Source: Pseudomonas phage SM1
Length of the DNA stretch: 64,000 nt
Reading direction: 5' to 3' (one strand)
Sequence record: NC_041877.1
The notes under the pieces are model-generated. The model did no database searches. It was not told the DNA's origin and saw only the letters and a list, made by a program, of their open reading frames with translations. Positions 1-9,204 of the stretch are shown in pieces; position 1 is the stretch's first letter, and every line of letters starts with the position of its first letter. The position numbers and the translations under genes were made by a program.

Positions 1-4
1 TGGA

Positions 5-1114
5 GTGATTGCGGCAGACGGTACACGGGTTTGTAGCGGCGTAGGAGTGTCACATAACACACTCCGTACAGCTCTCGAAGGGCTGGTAGATAAGGGAATA
101 GTTGATATTCACGCGTTTTTGGACGGTAAAACCGAGACGATATCGCGTGTTTACGAGGTAAAAACAGCCAAAATAGTGGCTGATAGAGATACCGAAGGGG
201 TTCGAAGTATGCTCATCAGGTCCCGGAAAACCATGGAAAAACAGCCAGATAGAGACGGTTTTGAGGAGTCTGGGAGGGGGTCCAAAATTTGGCACACCCC
301 CCTCCAAAATTTGGCACACAATAAAGAGATACTACGTATCTCTAAAACATCTTCTAAAGAAGATGTATCCGGATCGGGGGAAAAAGTTGTAGAGCGGGCT
401 TTCAAGCTACCTATGGCCAAGAGGGTTAGGCGTGCAAGCGTTTGCACAGAGCCCACTACTATGTCTGCCCGTGAACGGGCAGAGCAGATACTTGGTGCCG
501 CCAAGGCGAAGCGCAATGATCGGGCGGTGAACACCAAGGTACCTACGAAGAAATGGGAGACCCGAACCCTACAGGCCCTATTGGATAAAGCGCGGGAGTC
601 TGTAGGCACCTCGTGCCCTCGCATCACGGTAGTCTCTAAGGGTATCGGGGTACTCCATCGGCGTATGTTGGAAAGCGAGGTAGAAGACGTAGTTGATTTC
701 TTCTCTTGGGCTCTAACGAACTGGACGTTGGTTGCCAGTGCAAACCGAAAAGCCAAAGCGACCCAGTTGCGTAATAAGGCTACCAAGGCTGCGCAATCGG
801 AAATGCACATGGCACCTAACTTCAGTGATCTGGCGTATCGGTTCCCCTACTTCTTCCGGTTCTACCAAGACCGCTGCTATACCGAGAAGCAACTAGCTAG
901 CGAACTGAAAGCGAAGCAAGAAAAAATACAAACAGCCAAGCGCAAGGAATCCGAAGCCAGCATAGCCCGTCGTAATGAGGTGCGCCGCAGGGACGAGGAA
1001 GCGGAACGTCAGCGTCGCAGGGAAGAAGAGGCATTCCGTAAGCGCAGGGCAGTAATGGCGCAGGATTCTGATGATGATCTGCCAGAGTACGAAGCTCCGG
1101 CATGGGGAGGTTAA
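5..1114 (+). CDS. hypothetical protein with a Lys/Arg/Glu-rich C-terminal coiled-coil region; open at the window edge, with a possible true start at the in-frame ATG at 413
   Basis: ORF of 369 codons open from the window start; strongly charged C-terminus (RRRDEEAERQRRREEE); the 281-343 repeat/palindrome lies inside the N-terminal part, so that part may be non-coding. Confidence 0.4.
   Translation: MIAADGTRVCSGVGVSHNTLRTALEGLVDKGIVDIHAFLDGKTETISRVYEVKTAKIVADRDTEGVRSMLIRSRKTMEKQPDRDGFEESGRGSKIWHTPLQNLAHNKEILRISKTSSKEDVSGSGEKVVERAFKLPMAKRVRRASVCTEPTTMSARERAEQILGAAKAKRNDRAVNTKVPTKKWETRTLQALLDKARESVGTSCPRITVVSKGIGVLHRRMLESEVEDVVDFFSWALTNWTLVASANRKAKATQLRNKATKAAQSEMHMAPNFSDLAYRFPYFFRFYQDRCYTEKQLASELKAKQEKIQTAKRKESEASIARRNEVRRRDEEAERQRRREEEAFRKRRAVMAQDSDDDLPEYEAPAWGG
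281..343. repeat. two 17-bp direct repeats TCCAAAATTTGGCACAC followed by the perfect palindrome AGAGATACTACGTATCTCT
   Basis: Repeat copies at 281-297 and 303-319; palindrome at 325-343. Confidence 0.8.
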
Positions 1115-1115
1115 A

Positions 1116-1682
1116 ATGAAGAAAGTGAATATCCCTTCTCAACTGCGCAAGGCTGGGGTTCCTCGCTCTTGCTGGGCTATTAACTGCGACGACACGGGCC
1201 GTGGGTATATCAACACTTGGGCTGAAGATGTGTATAAGCGTTTCGATAGTCGTGAGAGCCGGCTTGGCGTCTACGTTCGGCCAGCGAGCCGGGAGTCCTC
1301 CATGCTCGCTATCGAGGCCGTGGAGTTGCATGCCCGTCAGGCTGTAGTGCATGGCGTGCCCGGGAAGTACCTAACTTTCTCTCGCCTCGTCCAATTGTTA
1401 CGTCTCTCTGAAACACGAGAGGCTAGCGACGAGGACATCCACTCGTTGGTAGGTCGTGGCTTTTTCGCGATACCGGTCCTGCCTACTGTCGTCAGTTGGC
1501 CGGGCGGCCAGCAACACGCTTACAACGAAGCCATGGGTTTCCTGCATTCCCACATTTGCGAAGGAGGGATTCTTCTGACCTCGGCGGCGCACAAGCTACT
1601 CACTGAGTACAAAGGAGGTGTGGGTTTCCCCCTGGAGCTGGAAAAATTGATCTTTGACACATCGGTAATCGTGGAGGTGTGA
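1116..1682 (+). CDS. hypothetical protein
   Basis: ATG at 1116 lies 6 nt after GGGAGG; ORF runs to the TGA at 1680-1682, immediately followed by the next gene. Confidence 0.5.
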   Translation: MKKVNIPSQLRKAGVPRSCWAINCDDTGRGYINTWAEDVYKRFDSRESRLGVYVRPASRESSMLAIEAVELHARQAVVHGVPGKYLTFSRLVQLLRLSETREASDEDIHSLVGRGFFAIPVLPTVVSWPGGQQHAYNEAMGFLHSHICEGGILLTSAAHKLLTEYKGGVGFPLELEKLIFDTSVIVEV

Positions 1683-1683
1683 T

Positions 1684-2961
1684 GTGACAGTAGGTCTTAA
1701 TTTCCTTGCTACCGTTGTGGCCTCCGAGACAGGATCATCCCTAGCTAGGCTGGAGGAGGATTTGTTTGTAGGTGAGCAGGAGCAGGCTGCTTTCGAGTTC
1801 GTGCGCCGCTACTACCGGCAGTACCGGTCCGTCCCTGACGCCAGGACTGTGCAGGAGCATACCGGGGTACGGCTGCCTACTCCTCGGGGGGATGTCGAAT
1901 TCCACCGAAACAATCTGTATGACCGTCGCACGTTTGACGTGATCCGCGATACGTACTCAACCCTACGCGATGCGATAGGTACGCGGCAGCCCGCCCCGGC
2001 TATTCAGGCCCTTGAATCCGGGCTGCGGCGCGTACGTAGCACACAGCGTAATGCTGGACTGGTAGACCTTGCCCAGGGCATGGCGGAGGTCCGCCAGCGC
2101 CTTGTACGGGTGCAAGCCATGGGAGGTATGTCGGGGGTTCCAACACCATGGCCCACTCTGAACGCAGAGACCGCAGGTTACCAAGACTCGGACCTCATCA
2201 CGTTTGTGGGTCGTATGGGTACTGGTAAAACTATGACCCTTCTCTGGCAGGCCAACCACGTCTACGAGGAAGGCTACTCCGCATTGGTAGTTACAACCGA
2301 GATGGGGTCGGAGCAGATAGCTCGCCGATGGATGGCGATGCATTACGGCCTGGATGCCAAGATGCTGAAGTCCGGCATGGTCTCTACTCGACTTCTACGT
2401 CAGATAGAACAGTACGAAGCTGAGTTGCTGGGGCGAGAGCGTTTCCGGATTCTGTCGCTCGGCACCGGGGCGCAGATATCACAGATTGAGGCGGCAGTGG
2501 AGGAGTTAAGTCCTGATATCGTATTCATCGACGGTGCTTATTTGCTCAAACCGAGTAAGCAGAGCCGACCGCTCAACCGTAATGAAACAGCCGCTTATGT
2601 GTTTGATGAGATAAAGCAGCTAACCATCGACACTAACCGCCCTTGGGTAGTCAATACCCAGTTCAACCGCGCAGCGGGCAAGGGCGGTAAGGATGGCACC
2701 CTGGAGTCCATCGCTATGTCCGATGTGATTGGTTATCACAGCTCGATTGTAGTAGCAGTAAAGCACGGACCCACGGAGAACCCGTATGAGTCTCGTGAGC
2801 TTGATATTCTCAAAGGACGGGAAGGGGAATTCGGGTCATTCTTTACGCACTACCGTTTCAAGCCTGCAAACCTCAACGAGATGACGGCGGAGGAGGTTGA
2901 GGCCGTGTCGGCTGGTCCGGCGGCTGCCGAAGAAGACGATCAAGGATACGCTTGGAGGTAA
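1684..2961 (+). CDS. DnaB-like replicative DNA helicase (RecA-fold ATPase domain)
   Basis: GTG start 7 nt after GGAGG; Walker A FVGRMGTGKT; the segment LVVTTEMGSEQIARRWMAMHYGLD resembles the DnaB H1a/H2 region (SLEM..EQI..R). Confidence 0.65.
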   Translation: MTVGLNFLATVVASETGSSLARLEEDLFVGEQEQAAFEFVRRYYRQYRSVPDARTVQEHTGVRLPTPRGDVEFHRNNLYDRRTFDVIRDTYSTLRDAIGTRQPAPAIQALESGLRRVRSTQRNAGLVDLAQGMAEVRQRLVRVQAMGGMSGVPTPWPTLNAETAGYQDSDLITFVGRMGTGKTMTLLWQANHVYEEGYSALVVTTEMGSEQIARRWMAMHYGLDAKMLKSGMVSTRLLRQIEQYEAELLGRERFRILSLGTGAQISQIEAAVEELSPDIVFIDGAYLLKPSKQSRPLNRNETAAYVFDEIKQLTIDTNRPWVVNTQFNRAAGKGGKDGTLESIAMSDVIGYHSSIVVAVKHGPTENPYESRELDILKGREGEFGSFFTHYRFKPANLNEMTAEEVEAVSAGPAAAEEDDQGYAWR

Positions 2962-2963
2962 TT

Positions 2964-5870
2964 ATGGCATTTGATGAAACACTATGTGATGGCTGCCCGA
3001 TCCAGGGCGAGTTCACACCGTACCGTGGCGTAGACGGGAACGAGGATGCCCCCTACCTGATAGTTACAGATTTGCCTAGCCAAGCTGGCGCGAGAAAAGG
3101 CCGCATGCTTCCCGCCAATCAGGGCAAATTGCTCGCTAAGTGCCTGAAGGATGAAGAGTTCGATACAGCGGATTTCCGCCTAGTTCCTATGTGCCGTTGC
3201 CCGTACAACAAGGATTCCTACAAGACTGCTTTCAAGAAGCAGATTAACCGCCACTGCCGGCGGCACCTAGAAGATTATATCGACGAGACCAAGCCGGCTG
3301 CGATTATCACGCTGGGGGCAGATGCCACCGGTCAGGTGATGAACAAGAACGTCAAGATCACCAAGGTACGCGGCCTAGCGCATCACTCTGAGGAGTTTGG
3401 GGTACCGGTATTCCCGATGCAGTCTATCGCCGTAGCGGTTAACTATCCTCAGAACGAGCCGTTGCTAGCCGCAGACTGCGCGAGTTTTGGCCGTCTTGTA
3501 GATGCCGATCTAGATATCGATACCGCTGACGCCTTCACCACCGGGGAATACACGCTGGTAAAAGACCTGCAATTCCTCATCGATATGGACCCTGAGATTC
3601 TGTCGTTCGATACTGAGACTACTGGATTGCGTTGGTACCAACGTGGCGTCGATGTACGGAGCTACCGTAAGCACCTTCATGAGGGCAAAGCTTGGTTTCA
3701 GCCGCGTTTCCAGATACTCACTATGCAGTTTACCGTCGAAGCTGGCAAATCCTACGTACTGGCCTGGGACCACCCGGAAGACCCAATACCGGAGGAGGAT
3801 AAACCTCGCCTGCGTAATCAGCTCCGCCAGTTGTTATGTGCGCCTAATCGGATAGTGGTAGGCCAGCGTCTCAAGTTCGATAACGTAGCTTTGTGGATGA
3901 CCGAGGGCATTCGCTTCCGCATCGGCGGCGATACTTCGATGATGGCTGCTATCGTGGACGAAAACCTACCCGAGAAAAACTTGGACGTATTGACCAAGCT
4001 GTTCGTGAAGGATATGGCCGGGTACGCGGATCGGTTCAATCAAATCGTGCAGAAAGATCGGATGTGGGAGACCACCTTGGATAGTCTTGTCCCCTACGGC
4101 GGTGGGGATACCGATGCGGTTTTTCGTCTATACCATATTTTGGAGGACAAGATCGCGAGCGACGAGGGGCTCTGGACTCACTACACCCAGGTCTCCATCC
4201 CTGGCCTGAATGCCATGGCTCGCATCGAAACCCATGGTATGTATGTGGACATGGAGGAGGCGATGCCGCAGTTCCAGGCCTACATGGAGGAGGAAGTTGA
4301 GAGGCAGCGGCTTAGCTTGCTTTCGCAGCTTGACCGTGGCTTGAAGCGGGATGTGGTAAGGGACTTTTTGAGCAAATCCCAGAATAAAAATAAGTCCGCG
4401 GAGGAGGCGCTGTCTTTCGGGCGAACTGATTTCCTGAAGGAGATTCTGTTCTATCACCCGAAAGGGTTCCGGCTCAAACCGGTAGTCTTTACAAAGACTA
4501 CTGACAAGCTGGAGGACCCGAACCTAAAAGAACCAAGCACCAGTTCGAAAGACCATCTTCCGTTCTTCTTCGACACATGCCCGTTCACGCTGGAGTTGGC
4601 CCAGTATGTGAAGGATAAACGGATGTTGGAGACGAACATCCTGGGTTTCCAAGAAAAGTTCGTCGTAGACGGTATGGTGCGCCCTACCTACTATCTGGAT
4701 GTCACGGTGACCCGACGTACGGCATCTCGCGACCCCAACGGGCAGAACTTCCCGAAGCGCGGCAAGAAAGCCAAGATGTACCAGAAATCCTTTGTGGCGC
4801 CGAGGGGGTGGGTCATCATCTCTTGCGACTTGTCGCAGGCTGAGCTGCGTATTGCGGGGGACATGGCTCGTGACCCAGAGATCATCCGTATCTACAACGA
4901 GAATGGGGACATTCACATAACCACGGCATGTATCGTGGCCCGCATTAGCGAGGAGGAATTCCATAGACTGCCCGAGGAGCAGAAGAAGGACCTACGTACT
5001 AAAGCGAAAGCGGTGAACTTCGGTTTCCTCTATGGCATGTCTTGGCGGAAGTTCATCATTTACGCCAAAACCCAGTACGGCGCGGTATTCACTGAGCAGC
5101 AGGCGAAGCGTATTCGTACGGATTATTTCCGCCGCTACAAGAATCTGGAGGTATGGCACAAGAGAGTACGGCAGATTGTACAAGAGCGGGGATGGATTCG
5201 GTCTTACTCAGGTCTTATCCGCCATCTCCCTACCGTGTGGAGCCATGAGGAGTACATCCAGGCAGAAGCTATTCGCCAGGGCATTAACAGCCCTGTGCAG
5301 GAGTTTGGCTCGACCCTCGGGGTTATGGCCCTGGGTCGCATGGACGAGGAGTTGGACCCAGAGTACATCAAGCTCATTGGTTTTGTGCATGACGCGATTT
5401 ATGCCTATGTCAGGGAGGAGCATGTTGACTGGGGCTTGAAGACCTTGAAGCGCTACATGGAGACCAACCCGCTGGAGGAAACTTTCAATTTGCGCATGCG
5501 TATCCCGATTGTTGCGGATGCTTCCTTCGGCTGGAATCAGGGCGAAATGTTCGAGTTGAGTAATTTCCGTCTCGACGAGCCTTATGACTTCTCGACAATC
5601 CAAGACAAGGAAGGTAGGCAGCTGTTCGAACTTCCAGAGCAGGTCGCTCCCGCTAATGATGGTTACTTGGTCGGTTCACCGTACACGGAGCCTGATGAGT
5701 TTGAGGATGAGAATGTGGTCTCCATCGCTCGCGTCCGCCGGATACGCGGAGCCAGTGTGAGTAGCACAAAGAAACAGGGCCACCGGAAAGGTCAAGCGCC
5801 GGTCAAAGTGCGTTTCGCGGAAGATAGCGAGACAGCACCAGCAACCTCGCGCATCCGTAGGAGCAGGTAA
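2964..5870 (+). CDS. family-A DNA polymerase with 3'-5' exonuclease domain and an N-terminal family-4 uracil-DNA-glycosylase-like domain
   Basis: RBS GGAGGTAATT then ATG; Exo I motif LSFDTETTGL; Pol A motif A ISCDLSQAELRIAGD, motif B KAVNFGFLYGMS, motif C FVHDAIYAY; first ~180 aa align to the family-4 UDG pattern (GNEDAPYLIVTDLPSQ.. G.ML.AN.GKLL .. C.CPYNK .. ITLGADA .. RG..H). Confidence 0.85.
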   Translation: MAFDETLCDGCPIQGEFTPYRGVDGNEDAPYLIVTDLPSQAGARKGRMLPANQGKLLAKCLKDEEFDTADFRLVPMCRCPYNKDSYKTAFKKQINRHCRRHLEDYIDETKPAAIITLGADATGQVMNKNVKITKVRGLAHHSEEFGVPVFPMQSIAVAVNYPQNEPLLAADCASFGRLVDADLDIDTADAFTTGEYTLVKDLQFLIDMDPEILSFDTETTGLRWYQRGVDVRSYRKHLHEGKAWFQPRFQILTMQFTVEAGKSYVLAWDHPEDPIPEEDKPRLRNQLRQLLCAPNRIVVGQRLKFDNVALWMTEGIRFRIGGDTSMMAAIVDENLPEKNLDVLTKLFVKDMAGYADRFNQIVQKDRMWETTLDSLVPYGGGDTDAVFRLYHILEDKIASDEGLWTHYTQVSIPGLNAMARIETHGMYVDMEEAMPQFQAYMEEEVERQRLSLLSQLDRGLKRDVVRDFLSKSQNKNKSAEEALSFGRTDFLKEILFYHPKGFRLKPVVFTKTTDKLEDPNLKEPSTSSKDHLPFFFDTCPFTLELAQYVKDKRMLETNILGFQEKFVVDGMVRPTYYLDVTVTRRTASRDPNGQNFPKRGKKAKMYQKSFVAPRGWVIISCDLSQAELRIAGDMARDPEIIRIYNENGDIHITTACIVARISEEEFHRLPEEQKKDLRTKAKAVNFGFLYGMSWRKFIIYAKTQYGAVFTEQQAKRIRTDYFRRYKNLEVWHKRVRQIVQERGWIRSYSGLIRHLPTVWSHEEYIQAEAIRQGINSPVQEFGSTLGVMALGRMDEELDPEYIKLIGFVHDAIYAYVREEHVDWGLKTLKRYMETNPLEETFNLRMRIPIVADASFGWNQGEMFELSNFRLDEPYDFSTIQDKEGRQLFELPEQVAPANDGYLVGSPYTEPDEFEDENVVSIARVRRIRGASVSSTKKQGHRKGQAPVKVRFAEDSETAPATSRIRRSR

Positions 5871-5932
5871 TCGGTGTAGGTCAGCATTACCGGCTAAACA
5901 GGTATAATCCTAACAAATGGAGAACACTACCC

Positions 5933-6397
5933 ATGGCAATCATGCGCAATCCGCAAGTCCGCCGGCTGCGCCGTCCCGCAGCCACGGTCGAGCGGGAAGA
6001 CAAGGCGAAAGCTGAGAAAGAACTCAACACCAAGCTCCAGCTCATTGCGGTTGAGCTAGCTAAGGTCGAGGCGGCGACCGATGCTATGGAAGCTTTGCGC
6101 AATCGCGTTGGTGAGCTTTTGAAAACGCTGGGTAAATCTGACCACGAGTTTGCCGGTATATCGGCAGCCTGGAAAGACGAAATGACCAGGGCCAGCCGTG
6201 AAGTCGATCCGCACAAGCTCTACAACAAGCTCGCAGAGAAGGATTTCTTCGCTGTAGTAAAAGTGAGTTTGGGGGAGCTTGGTAAGGTTCTGACCGAAGA
6301 CGAAATTGATGCTATAGCTAAAACGATACCGGCCACTAAAAAGGGACAAAAGCTGGTCGTGGAGCGTAAGAAGGCGGCAGCCGGGAGGAGGAAATGA
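5933..6397 (+). CDS. hypothetical protein (Lys/Glu-rich, predicted helical)
   Basis: 154-aa ORF, compact spacing, no recognisable motif. Confidence 0.5.
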   Translation: MAIMRNPQVRRLRRPAATVEREDKAKAEKELNTKLQLIAVELAKVEAATDAMEALRNRVGELLKTLGKSDHEFAGISAAWKDEMTRASREVDPHKLYNKLAEKDFFAVVKVSLGELGKVLTEDEIDAIAKTIPATKKGQKLVVERKKAAAGRRK

Positions 6398-6585
6398 ATA
6401 ATTTGCGTGAGCGTATTCGTAACGTGGTCAATCGTTACCGGGACGCCAGTAGCCGGCCCGACGTTATCGTCTTGCTCGCGGAGGCCGCAGTCGAGATCGA
6501 CAGCCTAACCGACATCATCGCTGCCTACGCTGAGAAAGAAGTGCAAGCGCTTGCACGGGCTAAGGACAAAGAGGAGTCGAAGTAG
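6394..6585 (+). CDS. hypothetical small protein
   Basis: 63-aa ORF with ATGA overlap to the upstream gene; contains one copy of the 14-bp palindrome (6542-6555). Confidence 0.4.
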   Translation: MNNLRERIRNVVNRYRDASSRPDVIVLLAEAAVEIDSLTDIIAAYAEKEVQALARAKDKEESK

Positions 6586-6588
6586 GGT

Positions 6589-7620
6589 ATGGATCGCGGA
6601 ACGATAAAAGAGGTCGTCCGCGATGTGTTCGGGCGTTCAACGGAAATGATCGACACTGGCGATTGGGTCAGTATGCGATGCCCGTTAGCGCCCTGGACAC
6701 ATGATAGCGGGTCGGACACGCACGCTTCTGCCGGGGTATCCGTGGTAGAGGACGGCACCAGTATTTTCAACTGCTTCACTTGCAAAAATACGGCACCGTT
6801 CCATGTGATGCTAACCCGGTACGCTGAGTTTACCGGGGAGGACCTGGACGACCTTATCGAGGAGCTGGAGGAGGGCGAGTTTCTGGGCCCACGAACCATA
6901 TCCAGCATGGATGCGTGGCTAACGGACAACCTCCAAGAAGTGCTAATGCCCATCAATGAGGGCATTTACATGGACCTATATGATTCTGCCGTTGGGCACC
7001 CATACCTGCGGCAGCGGGGTATATCTAACTCCACCGCCCGTAAACTGGAGCTATTGTTCGACCCCTCCGATAGCGAAGGCGAGCCTAGAATACTTTTCCC
7101 GGTACGGGGGCCGGGGGGAGAACTGTACGGGTTCAGCGGACGTGCTACGAGGGATACCGCCCGCCTCAAGGTGCGGGACTACCACGGTCTGGCCAAATCG
7201 CATTGCGTGCTCGGGGCCCATCTCGTAGGCCCTTCTGATGACGTGGTAGTCGTAGAGGGTTTAGTGGACTACGCGGTAGTTCACGACATGGGGGCTTGCG
7301 GCTGCGCGGTAATGCACTCGACCATGACCAAGTTCCAAGCCGCAATTGTGGCAGGGTTCGGCGCGCCAACCTATTTGTTTTACGACAACGACAGCGCGGG
7401 CCAAAAAGCGATCCCGATAGCAGCGAATCAGCTATGCCAGCATGTGAGCGTATTCCGACCGACCTACCCCAAAGTTTGGATACCTAACAGCGCAGAAAAA
7501 GAAGGCGGCCATTTCTTGAAAGACCCGGGAGAAATGACCGATGAAGAGTTTTGGGAGATGAAGAGAACCGCTAGGCTATGGGATAAACCAAACTGGCTTA
7601 AAAGCAGACGCAACTATTGA
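6589..7620 (+). CDS. DnaG-like DNA primase (zinc-binding plus TOPRIM domains)
   Basis: CHC2-type zinc motif CPLAPWTHDSG...FNCFTCKN; TOPRIM motifs VVVVEGLVDYAVVHDMG and LFYDNDSAGQKAI. Confidence 0.65.
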   Translation: MDRGTIKEVVRDVFGRSTEMIDTGDWVSMRCPLAPWTHDSGSDTHASAGVSVVEDGTSIFNCFTCKNTAPFHVMLTRYAEFTGEDLDDLIEELEEGEFLGPRTISSMDAWLTDNLQEVLMPINEGIYMDLYDSAVGHPYLRQRGISNSTARKLELLFDPSDSEGEPRILFPVRGPGGELYGFSGRATRDTARLKVRDYHGLAKSHCVLGAHLVGPSDDVVVVEGLVDYAVVHDMGACGCAVMHSTMTKFQAAIVAGFGAPTYLFYDNDSAGQKAIPIAANQLCQHVSVFRPTYPKVWIPNSAEKEGGHFLKDPGEMTDEEFWEMKRTARLWDKPNWLKSRRNY

Positions 7621-7645
7621 CATACGCAGGGCTATAGCCTAGTAT
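7617..7645 (+). promoter_or_regulatory. sigma70-like promoter candidate (TTGACA-17-TAGTAT)
   Basis: -35 at 7617-7622, 17-nt spacer, -10 at 7640-7645; lies very close to the 7655 start codon, so the leader would be very short. Confidence 0.35.
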
Positions 7646-7654
7646 GGTGAGCAG

Positions 7655-7990
7655 ATGACTACTGGTCATGTAGATGAACCGAACTACCTACTCCAGACCC
7701 TTTTGCCGTTACGCAACGGCCAGACTGCGAAGTTGGTACAGGTTACTAAATCCCGCCACGGTAAGTTGGCGGTAGAGCGGACGACTAATACTGGAATTCT
7801 TTTTGCCCCTGGTCAGCTTTATGGATTGGACCCGAGGGCCGTTGTGATTTCCCTCCTGGGGAGGGGTAGCTGTGTGATCTTCCCTGGATCACGTAAAGGA
7901 GCGGGCGACTTGGTTCGAGCTGGGGTAGCCCCATCGCTGGCCAAAGCCTTACTTGAAACATTGACTGAAGTGTACGGAGTGAATCGATGA
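7655..7990 (+). CDS. hypothetical protein
   Basis: 111-aa ORF downstream of the predicted promoter at 7617-7645. Confidence 0.45.
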   Translation: MTTGHVDEPNYLLQTLLPLRNGQTAKLVQVTKSRHGKLAVERTTNTGILFAPGQLYGLDPRAVVISLLGRGSCVIFPGSRKGAGDLVRAGVAPSLAKALLETLTEVYGVNR

Positions 7991-9201
7991 GTCGTACTCA
8001 ACGCCCTAGCCGGACCTCTGCGTCCCGTAAGCCGGCAACTACTACCAAACCCCTTCGCTCCACCTACGGCGCCGAAGATGGCCGCCGCCAGATGCAGGAG
8101 GAAGCTCGCCGGCAGGAGGCTCGCCGAGAAGCGCAGAAGCAGCGCTCGTCTGAGCCTCGTCGCTTCTGGATGAAACCGGGAGAGACCCGGGAGCTGATCA
8201 TCGTCGATGAAGAGCTGTCTTTCTTCCGCTATGAGCACGCTCTTCGCAACACAGCAACTGGCCGTTTCGACCTTTTCGTACCGTGCGTCAACGAGAATGC
8301 CAATTGCCCGGTGTGCGCTAACAGCGAAAACAAGCCGTCGTATTTCGCCGCGTACCTCACCGTGATCGATACCACTCCGTACGAGAACTCCAACGGCGAA
8401 GTCATCGAATGGTCCAAGCGCCTGATGGTAATCAAGCCTGCGCAGCAGAAGAAATATCTTCGTTTGCAGGAGCGTGAGAAGAGCCTGCGAGGGCTCGTGA
8501 TCGAAGTCACTCGCGACCGCGAGACCGATGCTGCCATCGGCAACGATGTGGAGTGCGTTGGCGATATCAGCGAAGATGACCTGCTCGCGTACGAGACGGT
8601 TTATGTGGACAAGGATGGTAAAGAGCATGACGTTATCGGGCATGAGCCGTTCGACTACGAAGAGGCTTTCCCGGAGTGGACCGAGAAGCAACTCGTAGCG
8701 GTAGCCGGTGGTCGCTCTCGTTCGACCATGGGTAATCGAGACGATATCGACCGCGATCTTGGTCGTCGCTCTCGTCGCTCCAGCGAAGAGCAGGAGGAGG
8801 ACGAGGATAGCGGCACCCGTGGCCGGCGGTCGGCCAGCCGGGACTCTAGCCGATCTGGAAGTCGTCGCGCTGCCCGCGAAGAGCCGGAAGAGCAGTACGA
8901 GGAAGAAGAGGAAGCTGAAGAGGCTGAAGAGCGCACTCCGAGGCGTTCGGCTGGCCGTACCTCGGCCCGCGCCGCTTCACGTTCCGCCCCTCGCCGGCAG
9001 CCGAGAGAAGAGGCGGAGGAGCCGGAATACGAGGAAGAAGAAGCCGAAGAGCAGCAAACCCCGCGACGCTCCAGTCGCGCGTCTTCTGCTCGTTCGAGGG
9101 ACGAATATTCGGTAGAAGATACCCTGCCTGATGAGCGCCCACAACGGCCCGCTCGCTCCGGTGGCGCTGCCAACCGCCGCGAAGCTCTACGGCGTCGCTA
9201 A
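7987..9201 (+). CDS. hypothetical protein with a CxxC zinc-ribbon-like motif and a long Arg/Ser/Glu-rich disordered C-terminal tail (possible ssDNA-binding or nucleic-acid-associated protein)
   Basis: ATGA overlap with the upstream gene; CPVCANSEN motif; C-terminal ~170 aa are low-complexity RS/E repeats (EEEEAEEAEE, RSSRASSARSR). Confidence 0.5.
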   Translation: MSRTQRPSRTSASRKPATTTKPLRSTYGAEDGRRQMQEEARRQEARREAQKQRSSEPRRFWMKPGETRELIIVDEELSFFRYEHALRNTATGRFDLFVPCVNENANCPVCANSENKPSYFAAYLTVIDTTPYENSNGEVIEWSKRLMVIKPAQQKKYLRLQEREKSLRGLVIEVTRDRETDAAIGNDVECVGDISEDDLLAYETVYVDKDGKEHDVIGHEPFDYEEAFPEWTEKQLVAVAGGRSRSTMGNRDDIDRDLGRRSRRSSEEQEEDEDSGTRGRRSASRDSSRSGSRRAAREEPEEQYEEEEEAEEAEERTPRRSAGRTSARAASRSAPRRQPREEAEEPEYEEEEAEEQQTPRRSSRASSARSRDEYSVEDTLPDERPQRPARSGGAANRREALRRR

Positions 9202-9204
9202 ACC

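Noticed and set aside
8655-9173. Minus-strand ORFs (172, 135 and 98 aa) opposite the RS/E-rich gene
   Set aside because: They are Ser/Arg-rich low-complexity mirror images of the + strand repeat region and have no start context.
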